A stretch of 64,000 bases of DNA from Firmicutes bacterium HGW-Firmicutes-16 (GCA_002841545.1 PGZZ01000010.1:1-64000); one strand, 5' to 3'; positions 37,930 to 47,421 are shown, counted from the stretch's first letter. Numbers and translations are program-made. The notes: generated by a model not told the origin, from the letters alone.

Positions 37930-38192
37930 ACTAAAACTCAAACCAAAGGCGTTGACGGAGAGAGTAAGTTTCAATCGAACGTTCCAGCGAGCCGGGAATG
38001 GTGCAAGCCCGGTACAAGTAGTTTGAAACCGAAAATCACTCCTGAGCTGCGGACCGAACGGGAAACCAAGTAGGCTCCGACGGATTCCCCCGTCATAGGG
38101 AAGGCATATGATTGTACGCTTCAAACGGGTGGTATAGCGAAAGAGCTTTTTAAAAGGCTTTCGTCCCTTTTGTGGAACGAAGGTCTTTTTTT
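37930..38192 (+). promoter_or_regulatory. T-box riboswitch leader, probable isoleucine (AUC) specifier, with an intrinsic terminator
   Basis: T-box motif AAACGGGUGGUAUAGCG at 38123-38139. Antiterminator GGG[UGGUAUA]GCGAAAG...CUUUCGUCCC. Terminator stem aggctttcgtccc/ggaacgaaggtct plus U7 at 38154-38192. By analogy with glyQS (AAGAA-GGC-A-CUUC), the Stem-I elements GGAG-AGAGUAAG ... AAA-AUC-A-CUCC place the specifier at AUC, 38035-38037. Confidence 0.65.
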
Positions 38193-38220
38193 ATATCCAC
38201 TTTTATTACCGGAGGAAAAA

Positions 38221-38808
38221 ATGATGGCTACAAATGAGTTAGTCGAGATTCGCTGGCACGGTCGAGGGGGACAGGGAGCAAAAACAGCCTGTCTGCTGCT
38301 CGCGGAGGTGGCGGCGCTGGAAGGGAAATTCGTACAGGGTTTTCCGGAATACGGACCGGAGCGCATGGGCGCACCGATAACGGCGTATAACCGCATATGC
38401 GAAAAACGGTGTACCGTCCATTCAAACATCTACTATCCGAACTATGTGGTCGTTGTGGACGAGAGTCTGCTGGACAGTGTCAATGTCACTGCGGGACTAA
38501 AAGAGGGCGGAGCTGTGATTATCAACACGCCTAGCTCTCCCGAGGAAATACGTCCGAAGCTGAGTGGCTGGACCGGCAGGGTCAGCACAATTGACGCCCG
38601 CCGTATTTCGGAAGAGATTCTGGGAAAGAACTTCCCGAATACTCCGATGCTGGCTGCCGTCGTCAAGGTGAGCGGCGTTTTGGACGTTGAGCGTTTTCTA
38701 GCTGATATTGAAGATTCCTTCAGACATAAATTTGCGTCCAAGCCTCAGGTCATAGAGGGAAACATGGCGACACTCAAGAAATCCTTAGAGGAGGTGCAGG
38801 AAGGATGA
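38221..38808 (+). CDS. 2-oxoacid:ferredoxin oxidoreductase gamma subunit (Por/Vor family)
   Basis: N-terminus EIRWHGRGGQGAKTA is the gamma-subunit signature. RBS GGAGG. The track ORF begins inside the upstream terminator; ATG 38221 was chosen. Confidence 0.8.
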   Translation: MMATNELVEIRWHGRGGQGAKTACLLLAEVAALEGKFVQGFPEYGPERMGAPITAYNRICEKRCTVHSNIYYPNYVVVVDESLLDSVNVTAGLKEGGAVIINTPSSPEEIRPKLSGWTGRVSTIDARRISEEILGKNFPNTPMLAAVVKVSGVLDVERFLADIEDSFRHKFASKPQVIEGNMATLKKSLEEVQEG

Positions 38809-39113
38809 TCCATGCAAAGGATATTAACGAACGTACCCCGTGGGAGGAAATGACCCCGGGCGGTGAGATATATGAGCCGGGCACCGCAAGGGATTTTGAT
38901 ACAGGTACATGGAGAACAGACACACCCGTTTTCATTGCCGAAGCCTGCAAGCACTGTATGCTCTGTGTCCCGTTCTGTCCGGACAGCGCAATCCCCGTAA
39001 AAAACGGAAAGCGTCTTGAATTTGACTTTATGCACTGCAAGGGCTGTGGTATCTGCGTAACTGTCTGCCCCTTCGCCGCGATAAAAATGGTGTCCGGAGG
39101 TGATGCAGAATGA
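38805..39113 (+). CDS. 2-oxoacid:ferredoxin oxidoreductase delta subunit (2x[4Fe-4S] ferredoxin-like)
   Basis: Two CxxCxxCxxxCP motifs (CKHCMLCVPFCP, CKGCGICVTVCP). Overlaps the flanking genes. Confidence 0.8.
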   Translation: MIHAKDINERTPWEEMTPGGEIYEPGTARDFDTGTWRTDTPVFIAEACKHCMLCVPFCPDSAIPVKNGKRLEFDFMHCKGCGICVTVCPFAAIKMVSGGDAE

Positions 39114-40294
39114 GTATTTGCTTTTCCGGTAACGAGGCTGTAGCTTACGCTATGAAGCAGATAAATCCCGACGTTATGGGCGCGTTCCCGATAACTCCGT
39201 CCACGGAGATCCCCGAGTATTTCGCACAGTTTGTTGCGAACGGCGAGGTCAACACCGAGTTCGTGACCGTAGAGTCCGAGCACAGCTCAATGTCCGTGTG
39301 CATTGCGGCTGAAGCGGCTGGAGCCAGAAGCGTCTGCGCGACCTCCTCCTGCGGACTTGCGCTGATGTACGAAATGCTCTACGTCGCCGCGTCCGACCGC
39401 CTTCCAATAACGCTCGCCTGCGTAAACCGTGCGCTTTCGGGACCAATCAATATTAATAACGACCACTCGGATTCGATGGGCGCCCGCGATACCGGCTGGA
39501 TACAAATCTATGCCGAAAACAATCAGGAGGCCTACGATAATTTCATCATGTCCGTGCCTATAGGCGAGAGCGTGCGTCTGCCCGTTATGGCCTGTATGGA
39601 CGGCTTTATAACGAGCCACGCCGTTGAGAATATCGAGCTTTTAGAAACGGACTCCGTGCACGGATTCGTAGGGGCTTATGAGCCCGAAAACTATTTGCTG
39701 AAAAAGGAAAATCCTCTGGCTATAGGGCCATATGATATAAGCGCGTATTACATGGAGCACAAGGTACAGCAAGCCGAAGCTATGAAGAGCGCGAAGCAGC
39801 GCATACTCGAGGTGGGGACGGCGTTTGAGAAGCTTTCTGGTCGCAGTTACGGACTTTTTGAGGAATACCGTATGGAGGATGCCGAGCTTGCGATAGTCCT
39901 TATCGGCTCAAGTGCAGGAACGGCCAAGGAAGCGGTTGAAAATCTGCGCGAACAAGGTGTCAAGGCGGGACTTGTAAAGATAAGAGTGTTCCGTCCCTTC
40001 CCGAGTGAGGAGCTTGCGAAGGCTCTCGCCAATACCAAGGCAGTAGCAGTTTTGGATAAATCCGAGGGCTTTTCGGCAAACGGGGGACCTGTATTTGCCG
40101 AGACCCGCAGCGCCTTGTACGATTTGAAGGAACGTCCGTATCTTATTAATATCGTCTACGGTCTGGGCGGTCGTGACTTTAAAACGGAGGATGCCGAAAA
40201 GGTGTTCGCAAGACTTGCGAGAATCGCGGCTACGGGAGAGACCGGACTCGTATACACCCACATGGGACAAAGAACAAGGGAGGCGATAGTATGA
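39110..40294 (+). CDS. 2-oxoacid:ferredoxin oxidoreductase alpha subunit
   Basis: 394-aa Por/Vor alpha-subunit architecture. Overlapping start and stop. Confidence 0.8.
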   Translation: MSICFSGNEAVAYAMKQINPDVMGAFPITPSTEIPEYFAQFVANGEVNTEFVTVESEHSSMSVCIAAEAAGARSVCATSSCGLALMYEMLYVAASDRLPITLACVNRALSGPININNDHSDSMGARDTGWIQIYAENNQEAYDNFIMSVPIGESVRLPVMACMDGFITSHAVENIELLETDSVHGFVGAYEPENYLLKKENPLAIGPYDISAYYMEHKVQQAEAMKSAKQRILEVGTAFEKLSGRSYGLFEEYRMEDAELAIVLIGSSAGTAKEAVENLREQGVKAGLVKIRVFRPFPSEELAKALANTKAVAVLDKSEGFSANGGPVFAETRSALYDLKERPYLINIVYGLGGRDFKTEDAEKVFARLARIAATGETGLVYTHMGQRTREAIV

Positions 40295-41229
40295 ACACGG
40301 TTTATGACCTGAAGCGTGAGGTTGAAAAGCCCGCGCGTTTGACAGGTGGGCATCGCCTTTGCGCTGGCTGCGGAGCTGGCATCGTCGTGTCGGGAGTCCT
40401 CCGCGCATTGAATGAAGAGGACAGGGCCGTTGTGGTGAATGCCACCTGCTGTCTCGAGGTTTCAACCTTCATGTACCCCTACACCGCCTACACGGACAGC
40501 TACATACACACTGCCTTTGAAAACGCCGGGGCGACCTGCTCAGGAGTCGAAGCGGCATATAATGCGCTCAAGCGCCGAGGGAAGGTTGACGACACAGTTA
40601 AGTTCATCACCTTCGGCGGTGATGGCGGTACCTATGACATCGGATTTCAATCCCTTTCGGGAGCGATGGAGCGCGGTCACGACATGGTCTATGTTTGCTA
40701 CGACAACGAGGCCTATATGAACACCGGTATACAGCGCTCATCCTCAACTCCGCAGTTTGCCCGCACGACTACAACTCCCGTCGGTTCATCCAGACAGGGG
40801 AAGCTGCAGAACAAGAAAGACCTGACCGAGATACTGGTCGCTCACAACATCCCGTATGCGGCGCAGACCGCTCCTATGGGCAACCTTAAAGACCTGCACA
40901 CTAAGGCGCACAAGGCCATCTATACTGAAGGCGCATGCTTTTTGAACATACTTTCACCTTGTCCGCGCGGCTGGGATTACCCAATGGCAAAGCTGCCCGA
41001 GATTATTAAGCTTGCGGTCGACACCTGTGTCTGGCCTCTCTATGAGGTGGAAGAAGGTGTCTGGCGTCTGAGCTATACGCCGAAGAAAAAGCTTCCCGTA
41101 GAAGACTATCTCCGCTCACAGGGTAGGTTCAGACATATGTTCCAAAAGGGCAACGAGTGGATGCTCGAAGAAGCGCAGAAATATGTGGATCAGAAATGGG
41201 AGCGTCTGCTCGAGCGCACCGGCGGCTGA
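40291..41229 (+). CDS. 2-oxoacid:ferredoxin oxidoreductase beta subunit (TPP-binding)
   Basis: TPP/Fe-S motifs (CAGCG, GGDGG.YDIG) of Por/Vor beta subunits. Confidence 0.8.
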   Translation: MNTVYDLKREVEKPARLTGGHRLCAGCGAGIVVSGVLRALNEEDRAVVVNATCCLEVSTFMYPYTAYTDSYIHTAFENAGATCSGVEAAYNALKRRGKVDDTVKFITFGGDGGTYDIGFQSLSGAMERGHDMVYVCYDNEAYMNTGIQRSSSTPQFARTTTTPVGSSRQGKLQNKKDLTEILVAHNIPYAAQTAPMGNLKDLHTKAHKAIYTEGACFLNILSPCPRGWDYPMAKLPEIIKLAVDTCVWPLYEVEEGVWRLSYTPKKKLPVEDYLRSQGRFRHMFQKGNEWMLEEAQKYVDQKWERLLERTGG

Positions 41230-41315
41230 CAAAAGAATCGTAAAAAACATCTACCACTCGTCATGTGAATTATGGTATGATATACCATAAAACTGTAAAC
41301 AAGGAGGCTTTGTCT

Positions 41316-42233
41316 GTGGAAAATACAATGTTCACTAATGGTGTCATTTTATCCTGGCTTGAATATTTTTCGCGGAATGTTGATATCAGTCTAGCAAAAC
41401 TGAAAATGCTTGACATTACGGGGAACAACAAGAACCTCATTCCCGCAATCATGTGCAATCGAGCGGTGCTGGTTTTTACCGATGCAGGACATCCCGACAT
41501 TTTTTACGATATGTGGAATGCGGAGCTTGGAGACTGCGAAATTTGGTATAACGAGGGCTCGGAGCCGTCCGGCAATATGAGGCACGACAAGCTTTCCGAT
41601 ATGATAAACCGAGGAATCAACGCTTCCGCCGCCATGCTTATTTTGAATCCGAATGCCGCAACGAATTATCAGATAGGTATGGAAAACAGACGCTTTTCCT
41701 GCGGCTCGGTCAATTACGTTTGCAGAGAAGTTCGAGCTGTTATAATGAATAAGCTCAATCTCAGAGACGGGGACAATATCTGCATAATCTCCGGTGAGAG
41801 CATCGCAGTCGAAGCTGCCATGATAGCTTCCGAGGGCAGCGTCATCGCCGTCGAATATGACGGACGGGATCGCGACACCATGAAAGAGAATGTCGATAAG
41901 TTCGGATTAAATAATGTCTCGATTGCTGAGTCTCTCAAGAACGACACACTTTCTGGACTGCCGGTGCCGGACAAGGCATTCATAGTTGCTTCAAAGAAGC
42001 TCGGAGGCGAGATAAAGAGCCTGATTGCAATGAACCCCTACATGGATTTCGTTATCTACACGCTGGATTTCGAACTTCTGACCGAGATTCCCACTCTGTT
42101 CCGCGAGAGCGGTATTGAACGAACCGAGGCGATACACATCGAGGTGTCGCGCGTCAACAGCAAAAACATGGCGGAGCCCTTTCCGGCCCCGTGGCTTATA
42201 TCCGGAAAAAGAACAAAAAGCGAATATTATTAA
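41316..42233 (+). CDS. CbiE/CbiT (CobL)-like methyltransferase-fold protein with degenerate SAM-binding motifs
   Basis: C-terminal half is collinear with CbiT: DGRDRDTMKENVDKFGLNNVSI...LPVPDKAFI versus ERD.EAL.LIRRNAERFGV.NVE..LP.PDAVFI. However, the glycine-rich SAM loop reads ISGESIAVE instead of GAGSGS. GTG 41316 lies 8 nt after AAGGAGG. Confidence 0.35.
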   Translation: MENTMFTNGVILSWLEYFSRNVDISLAKLKMLDITGNNKNLIPAIMCNRAVLVFTDAGHPDIFYDMWNAELGDCEIWYNEGSEPSGNMRHDKLSDMINRGINASAAMLILNPNAATNYQIGMENRRFSCGSVNYVCREVRAVIMNKLNLRDGDNICIISGESIAVEAAMIASEGSVIAVEYDGRDRDTMKENVDKFGLNNVSIAESLKNDTLSGLPVPDKAFIVASKKLGGEIKSLIAMNPYMDFVIYTLDFELLTEIPTLFRESGIERTEAIHIEVSRVNSKNMAEPFPAPWLISGKRTKSEYY

Positions 42234-42246
42234 TAAGCACAGCAAA

Positions 42247-42274
42247 ACCGCCCTCAAAAGAGGGCGTTTTTTTT
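42247..42274 (+). terminator. Rho-independent terminator
   Basis: Stem cgccctc/gagggcg followed by T8. Confidence 0.8.
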
Positions 42275-42328
42275 GTTTAAGCCCATGTGCCCTTCGCAGT
42301 AACAAAATATTTTTAACTTGAGTAATAT

Positions 42329-42787
42329 ATGACTGAGGTGAGACAGGTGGATACTAGAGAACTTTTTGCAAGAATGATCAGATGCGAAGCGGGTGGCGAG
42401 GGACTCGCCGGAATGAGGGCCGTCGCAACCGTATGCATGAACCGCGTTAGGGTACCGTATGGAGAGTATCAAAGGGTGAATCTGGGTAGCCTCAGAAATG
42501 TGCTAACCCAGATGTGTCAATTTTCATGCTATAAAACAACGATAGGCGGAGAGCCAAATATGCAGAATGTCTGGAACATGACGCCAGAGGCAGTTCATTA
42601 TCAGGTAGCTGACTGGGCCATGAACGGGGGTATATATTCGGGTGTAACATCCGACTCTTTATGGTATATGAACCCGTTTATTCCAACATGTCCAAACTTT
42701 TTCCCTTATAATCAGACCGGTTATTGGTTTACAAGGATAAATGACCACTGTTTTTATAACCCGATGCCGTCATATGGAGATACTTGA
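42329..42787 (+). CDS. cwlJ: Cell-wall hydrolase, SleB/CwlJ family (spore cortex-lytic enzyme domain)
   Basis: The motif LFARMIRCEAGGEGLAGMRAVATVCMNRV matches the Hydrolase_2 (CwlJ/SleB catalytic domain) signature. Confidence 0.7.
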   Translation: MTEVRQVDTRELFARMIRCEAGGEGLAGMRAVATVCMNRVRVPYGEYQRVNLGSLRNVLTQMCQFSCYKTTIGGEPNMQNVWNMTPEAVHYQVADWAMNGGIYSGVTSDSLWYMNPFIPTCPNFFPYNQTGYWFTRINDHCFYNPMPSYGDT

Positions 42788-42799
42788 AGGAGGTATTTT

Positions 42800-43210
42800 A
42801 TGAGCAACAATGTAAGCTGGATGGGAAATCGCGTGATTGACCCGGGCGCGACCCGTCAGATTCCGCAGCCTTCAACTACAACAAGCCCTGCGCCGCAAAT
42901 GTCCCCTGGCATGCCGATGTCCCCTGGGATGCCGATGTCCCCGATGCAACCGATCACTCCCATCGTTCCTATTACTCAGCAGGGCCCCCCACCGTCAACC
43001 GAGAAGGGTTACATACCCTACTATCTGGCAAGCAACATAGGAAAAAATGTACGGGCGGAATTTATAATCGGCACCACTCAGTACGCCGACAAAACCGGAA
43101 TGATTACAGAGGTGGGCATTAACTATTTCGTTCTTCGCGATATCAATTCACGTACTGATGTGATGTGCGACCTATACTCGGTTAAATTTGTTACAGTGTT
43201 ATTGCCATAG
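42800..43210 (+). CDS. gerQ: Spore coat protein GerQ (YwdL)-like
   Basis: C-terminal N.GK...G.I.E.G...D...CDLY.V.F pattern (LASNIGKNVRAEFIIGTTQYADKTGMITEVGINYFVLRDINSRTDVMCDLYSVKFV). Immediately downstream of cwlJ, as in the Bacillus cwlJ-gerQ operon. Low-complexity P/M/S-rich N-terminus. Confidence 0.5.
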   Translation: MSNNVSWMGNRVIDPGATRQIPQPSTTTSPAPQMSPGMPMSPGMPMSPMQPITPIVPITQQGPPPSTEKGYIPYYLASNIGKNVRAEFIIGTTQYADKTGMITEVGINYFVLRDINSRTDVMCDLYSVKFVTVLLP

Positions 43211-43348
43211 GATATGGGCTCCCATTACAACAAATCGTCCGTCCGGAATCCGGATGGGCGTTTTGTTATAATTGCAAATTATTCGAGTTTGATAATCGCT
43301 GAATAAAAAGCAATAATATGTTTGAATAAAGCATAAGGAGCACAAAAG

Positions 43349-45940
43349 ATGGCGACTAAAATCGAACCCAATATCGTATATCCACTGAATGGTGGATACG
43401 TCGGCGACCTTGCGCCTACACTTCGCGGCACGGGCGAACCGGGAGCCTCCGTGACAGGACAGCTGGACGGAAAGCCTTTTTCCGCAGCAGTTTCTGATAA
43501 CGGCGTGTGGTCTTATAGAGCGGAGCAACAGCTGCAGGATTTGACTGAGCATTCTCTAAGCTTGAGTCAGACAGACCAAATCGGACAAACAAGTCCCGCA
43601 AAAACCGTATCTTTCAGAACAGATACACAGCTCCTGCTTCACCATACCCTGAAATACCCTCAGAATAACCAGATTATAAAAACAAATTCTCCGATTATAA
43701 GCGGGACGGGAAAAGCCGGAGCGACAATCGAGGCTGAGCTTGGCGGAAAGATTTATAATACGGTCGTCGATAGAAACGGCTCATGGCAGATACAGGCAAA
43801 TGCCGTTCCAGAGGGTTCGTCCTTTCTTTATGTCATTCAAAAGGACATGGGAAATATGAGCCCTGCGCTCTGCGCAGGCTTCATGGTCGATACGATTGCG
43901 CCCTCAGGGCCGACCGTGGAATTTCCCGCCGATCAGAGCTTTATCAATAATCCGATTCCCACGTTTTGCGGCGAAGGTGAACCGAACGCTTCAATCAGCG
44001 CGGTCGTCGACGAGAAAAAATATTTTGCACAGGTGAATCAGCAGGGTAAGTGGAACTTTGAAATCAGCGAAGGGCTAATGGATGACACTCACATTCTCTC
44101 AACAAGGCAAATTGATCTTGCAGGCAATATCAGTCCCGAGATTATAAGTATTTTTACGATTAAAACGGTGCAGCCTTCCCCGCCCGTAATAGTCAGTCCC
44201 ATAAGCGGGTCAATAACAGCGGATACTTCTCCTGAAATATCTGGTATGGGCGAAAAAGGCTGCGTCATTTTAACCCGAATATATGATAAAGTGTATAGCA
44301 CTGAGGTCGGGCGAGATGGCACATGGCAGATGACGATTTCAGATAAACTTGCAGACGGAACGCATACCCTTAAGGTGTATCAGGCGGATAAAGCCGGAAA
44401 TATTAGCTCTGATGCGGAGCTGACGCTAAGGGTAGATACGTCGGTTCCGGCGGCACCCGTAATTATTTATCCTGAAAAGGGCGGATACGTTTCCAGCAAA
44501 AATTTCATGGTCAGAGGAACGGGTGAGCCGGATTCAAAGGTGATTTGCACGGTTGCCGGCAAGGAATATACCGCACCTGTTGCGCCTGACGGGAGCTGGG
44601 CTGTCGATGTTACAAATAATGAAAATATTAAATACAAAATGGATTATACTATCTCGGCAAAGCAGGTAGACCTCGCGGGAAATGAGAGCACTGCAGTCAA
44701 AACGGTGTTCGATGTTGACCCCGAGCGGCTGAAAGCGCCGGAAATCGCCTTTCCTACGAACGGAACGAGCATTAACACTCCGAATCCGCTTATAACCGGA
44801 ACGGGCAAAGCAGGTGCAAAGGTCGAGCTATCTCTGAACGGCAAAAAATATACTGCTGCCGTTCAGAGCAACGGCACATGGGCGGCACAGATTACGGAAG
44901 ATTTGTCAAAGGGTGCAAATACCCTGATTCTAAGCCAGACTGATTGCGGAAATGTCAGCCAATCAGAATCTGCAAGCTTCAATGTAAAGCTTTCAAATCC
45001 GCCGTGCCCTACTATCGATACGCCGACAGATAAACAGCCCGTCGCAAGCGCTGACGTTATTATAAGTGGCAGGGGAGAAGCGGGGGCGCAGGTGAACATT
45101 AAACTTGATGATGCTTGTTACCATACGCAGGTCGGAGCGGATTGCTCATGGGAATACACCGTTTTGGGACTCTTACAGGGCATCCATGCAATGCTTGTGA
45201 GTCAAAAGGACCAGTCCGGAAACGAGAGTGCCTGTGCCAGTGTGTGCTTTGCCACAATGCCTGCGCAGCCGAACCTGAATCGAAAGAGCTATCCCACAGC
45301 GTATACGATAAGCTATAATCCTCCCGGACCGGAGCTCGCTTCAAAGACGATTGCAACGCTCAGAACAAGCAATCCCGTAACTTATAATAAGGTGCTTGGT
45401 AATGAGTTTTCAATGATAATTCCGGCAAACGGCACCTACGATTTTAATTATATCGAGGAAAATGGGACAAGCGGCAGCGTGACGGCGGGCGTCACCTGGA
45501 TTGATAACGAAGCGCCGATAATTGTCATCGAACCTTCCGGAAAGTACTATTCCTCCGATAAAACGGTCAGTTTCTATAAATTCGGCGGCTCCAGTATCAA
45601 AGCTGCGCTCCTTAACGGAACGCCTTTTAAAACAGGTACAAAAGTATCTGCGGAGGGCAAGTACCAGATCGAGATAACTGACAAGGCAGGCAATATCGCC
45701 GCGGGATGCTTTGTTATAGACAGGAGCTCGCCCACCGTTACAGGAGCAGAAAACAATATGGTCTACAATACCGACGTAACGCTGAATTGGTCAGATGATA
45801 TATCGGGAATTAAAAGTTCGGTGCTGAACGGGCTGAACATCCTGCCCGGGACTGTTTTAACCGAAAACGGCGCATATACGCTCACTGTGACCGATTTTGC
45901 CGATAACATCACGGAAAGAAGCTTTAGCATACAAAAATAA
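43349..45940 (+). CDS. Large (863 aa) protein with about seven tandem bacterial Ig-like domains and a distinct C-terminal domain; no signal peptide
   Basis: Repeated ~90-aa units with the consensus YP.NG......P...GTGE.GA.V...L.GK.Y.A.V..NG.W.......L..G.H.L...Q.D.AGN.S. RBS AAGGAG. Confidence 0.6.
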   Translation: MATKIEPNIVYPLNGGYVGDLAPTLRGTGEPGASVTGQLDGKPFSAAVSDNGVWSYRAEQQLQDLTEHSLSLSQTDQIGQTSPAKTVSFRTDTQLLLHHTLKYPQNNQIIKTNSPIISGTGKAGATIEAELGGKIYNTVVDRNGSWQIQANAVPEGSSFLYVIQKDMGNMSPALCAGFMVDTIAPSGPTVEFPADQSFINNPIPTFCGEGEPNASISAVVDEKKYFAQVNQQGKWNFEISEGLMDDTHILSTRQIDLAGNISPEIISIFTIKTVQPSPPVIVSPISGSITADTSPEISGMGEKGCVILTRIYDKVYSTEVGRDGTWQMTISDKLADGTHTLKVYQADKAGNISSDAELTLRVDTSVPAAPVIIYPEKGGYVSSKNFMVRGTGEPDSKVICTVAGKEYTAPVAPDGSWAVDVTNNENIKYKMDYTISAKQVDLAGNESTAVKTVFDVDPERLKAPEIAFPTNGTSINTPNPLITGTGKAGAKVELSLNGKKYTAAVQSNGTWAAQITEDLSKGANTLILSQTDCGNVSQSESASFNVKLSNPPCPTIDTPTDKQPVASADVIISGRGEAGAQVNIKLDDACYHTQVGADCSWEYTVLGLLQGIHAMLVSQKDQSGNESACASVCFATMPAQPNLNRKSYPTAYTISYNPPGPELASKTIATLRTSNPVTYNKVLGNEFSMIIPANGTYDFNYIEENGTSGSVTAGVTWIDNEAPIIVIEPSGKYYSSDKTVSFYKFGGSSIKAALLNGTPFKTGTKVSAEGKYQIEITDKAGNIAAGCFVIDRSSPTVTGAENNMVYNTDVTLNWSDDISGIKSSVLNGLNILPGTVLTENGAYTLTVTDFADNITERSFSIQK
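43370..45270 (+). repeat. Intragenic tandem array of about 7 divergent Ig-like domain coding repeats (~270-290 nt each)
   Basis: Seen at the protein level within the 43349..45940 product. The nucleotide copies are diverged. Confidence 0.5.
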
Positions 45941-45957
45941 AGCCATTCAAGCAAAAA

Positions 45958-45990
45958 AGACCTGAAAACATCTTGTTTTCAGGTCTTTTC
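45958..45990 (+). terminator. Bidirectional intrinsic terminator between convergent genes
   Basis: Stem gacctgaaaac/gttttcaggtc, flanked by A6 upstream and T4 downstream. Confidence 0.75.
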
Positions 45991-45996
45991 GTGCTT

Positions 45997-47421
45997 TCAT
46001 TTCAGAACACTGATCGCATCCTTAATTGTCTTTTCGAAGGCTTCTCTGCCGTATTTATCGACCTGATCCTTATCCTTCTCGCCATGGGTGAGGCAACCAG
46101 CACCGGCTATACACCCGCCAGTACAGGCCATGCCCTCGATGAAGTTTGCATCCAGCTTTTTAGCTCGCAGGCGGAGCAGAGCGGCACGACACTCTTCGAG
46201 TCCGTCACAGGAAATGGGTTTGTAACTAAAGTCTGTTATGCCGTTTTCCTTCAGACCTTCTCGGACGGCGTCCGCAAGACCTCCGCTTCGGGCGAAGATG
46301 CGCCCGAAGTACGAGGCGTTATCCAAAACTTCCTCTTCAGCCGTTGTTATATCTACGCCCTTTCCGTCAAATAGCGCCTGAAGTTCTTCAAAGGTGATGA
46401 CGCTGTCGATATAGGGTCTGACCTCATCCTTGCGCATTTCGGATTTCTTCGCTGTGCAGGGGCCGATGAAAACGACCTTCGCGTCGGGATCTCTTGATTT
46501 TATGTATTTCCCCAAAATTGCCATTGGCGACAGGTTATGCGAGACGTGCCCCAGAAGGTCGGAAAATTCATGCTTAATGTAGCTTACGAAAGCAGGGCAG
46601 CAGGAGCTTGTTAGAAGTCCGCGCTCATTGAGCTCCCGACTTTCTGCGTCCGCAACCATATCGGCACCTAGAGCGGTTTCTACCACAGAATGGAAACCTA
46701 GCTGCTTTATGCCCGATACTACCTGACCGATTTTTGCGTAGTTGAATTGACTTGATATGGAGGGCGCAACAAGTGCATACACCTTGTAGTTCTCGTTGTT
46801 GCAGCTGTTTTTGAGAAGCCCGATTACGTCGAGAATTAACGATTTGTCCATGATCGCACCAAAGGGGCACTGATAGACACAGGCTCCGCAGCCAACGCAT
46901 TTGAGGTTGTTGATTTCGGCGGTCTTGTCCTCCGACATGCTTATTGCCTTGACCTTGCAGGCGTTTTCACAGGGACGCTTTCGGCTTACAATAGCGGTGT
47001 AGGGACAGACCTTTGCACAGCGTCCGCACTCGACGCATTTTGATTTGTCGATCCGTGCCTTCTGCTCGTGGTCAAAGACTATTGCTCCGCGCGGACAGGC
47101 ATCCTCGCAGCGGTGCGCGATGCAGCCACGGCAGGACTCCGTAATCTCGAAGCCGCCGACGGGGCACTCGTCACACGCGATGTCGATGACCTCAATAATA
47201 TTTGGATTTGACCTGTCTCCGCCCATCGCAAGCTTGACTCTTTCGCCGAGGATGGCTCTTTCCTTGTATACGCAGCATCTCATTGTCGGCTGTTTGCCCG
47301 GAACTATAGTTTTGGGAATGTCCATGACATTCTCGAGAAGTCTGCCCTCAAAGGCAAGCCTTGCGACCTCTGTCAAAACCTTATATTTCAGATGCTGTAC
47401 CTTTGTATCGAATTTTCTCAT
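45997..47421 (-). CDS. hydA: [FeFe]-hydrogenase HydA-like protein (two ferredoxin-like 4Fe-4S domains plus an H-cluster domain) with an atypical N-terminal ~70-aa region
   Basis: H-cluster motifs L1 TSSCCPAFV, L2 GPCTAKKSE and L3 EGMACTGGCIAGAG. Multiple CxxCxxCxxxCP motifs. Confidence 0.7.
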   Translation of the reverse strand: MRKFDTKVQHLKYKVLTEVARLAFEGRLLENVMDIPKTIVPGKQPTMRCCVYKERAILGERVKLAMGGDRSNPNIIEVIDIACDECPVGGFEITESCRGCIAHRCEDACPRGAIVFDHEQKARIDKSKCVECGRCAKVCPYTAIVSRKRPCENACKVKAISMSEDKTAEINNLKCVGCGACVYQCPFGAIMDKSLILDVIGLLKNSCNNENYKVYALVAPSISSQFNYAKIGQVVSGIKQLGFHSVVETALGADMVADAESRELNERGLLTSSCCPAFVSYIKHEFSDLLGHVSHNLSPMAILGKYIKSRDPDAKVVFIGPCTAKKSEMRKDEVRPYIDSVITFEELQALFDGKGVDITTAEEEVLDNASYFGRIFARSGGLADAVREGLKENGITDFSYKPISCDGLEECRAALLRLRAKKLDANFIEGMACTGGCIAGAGCLTHGEKDKDQVDKYGREAFEKTIKDAISVLK

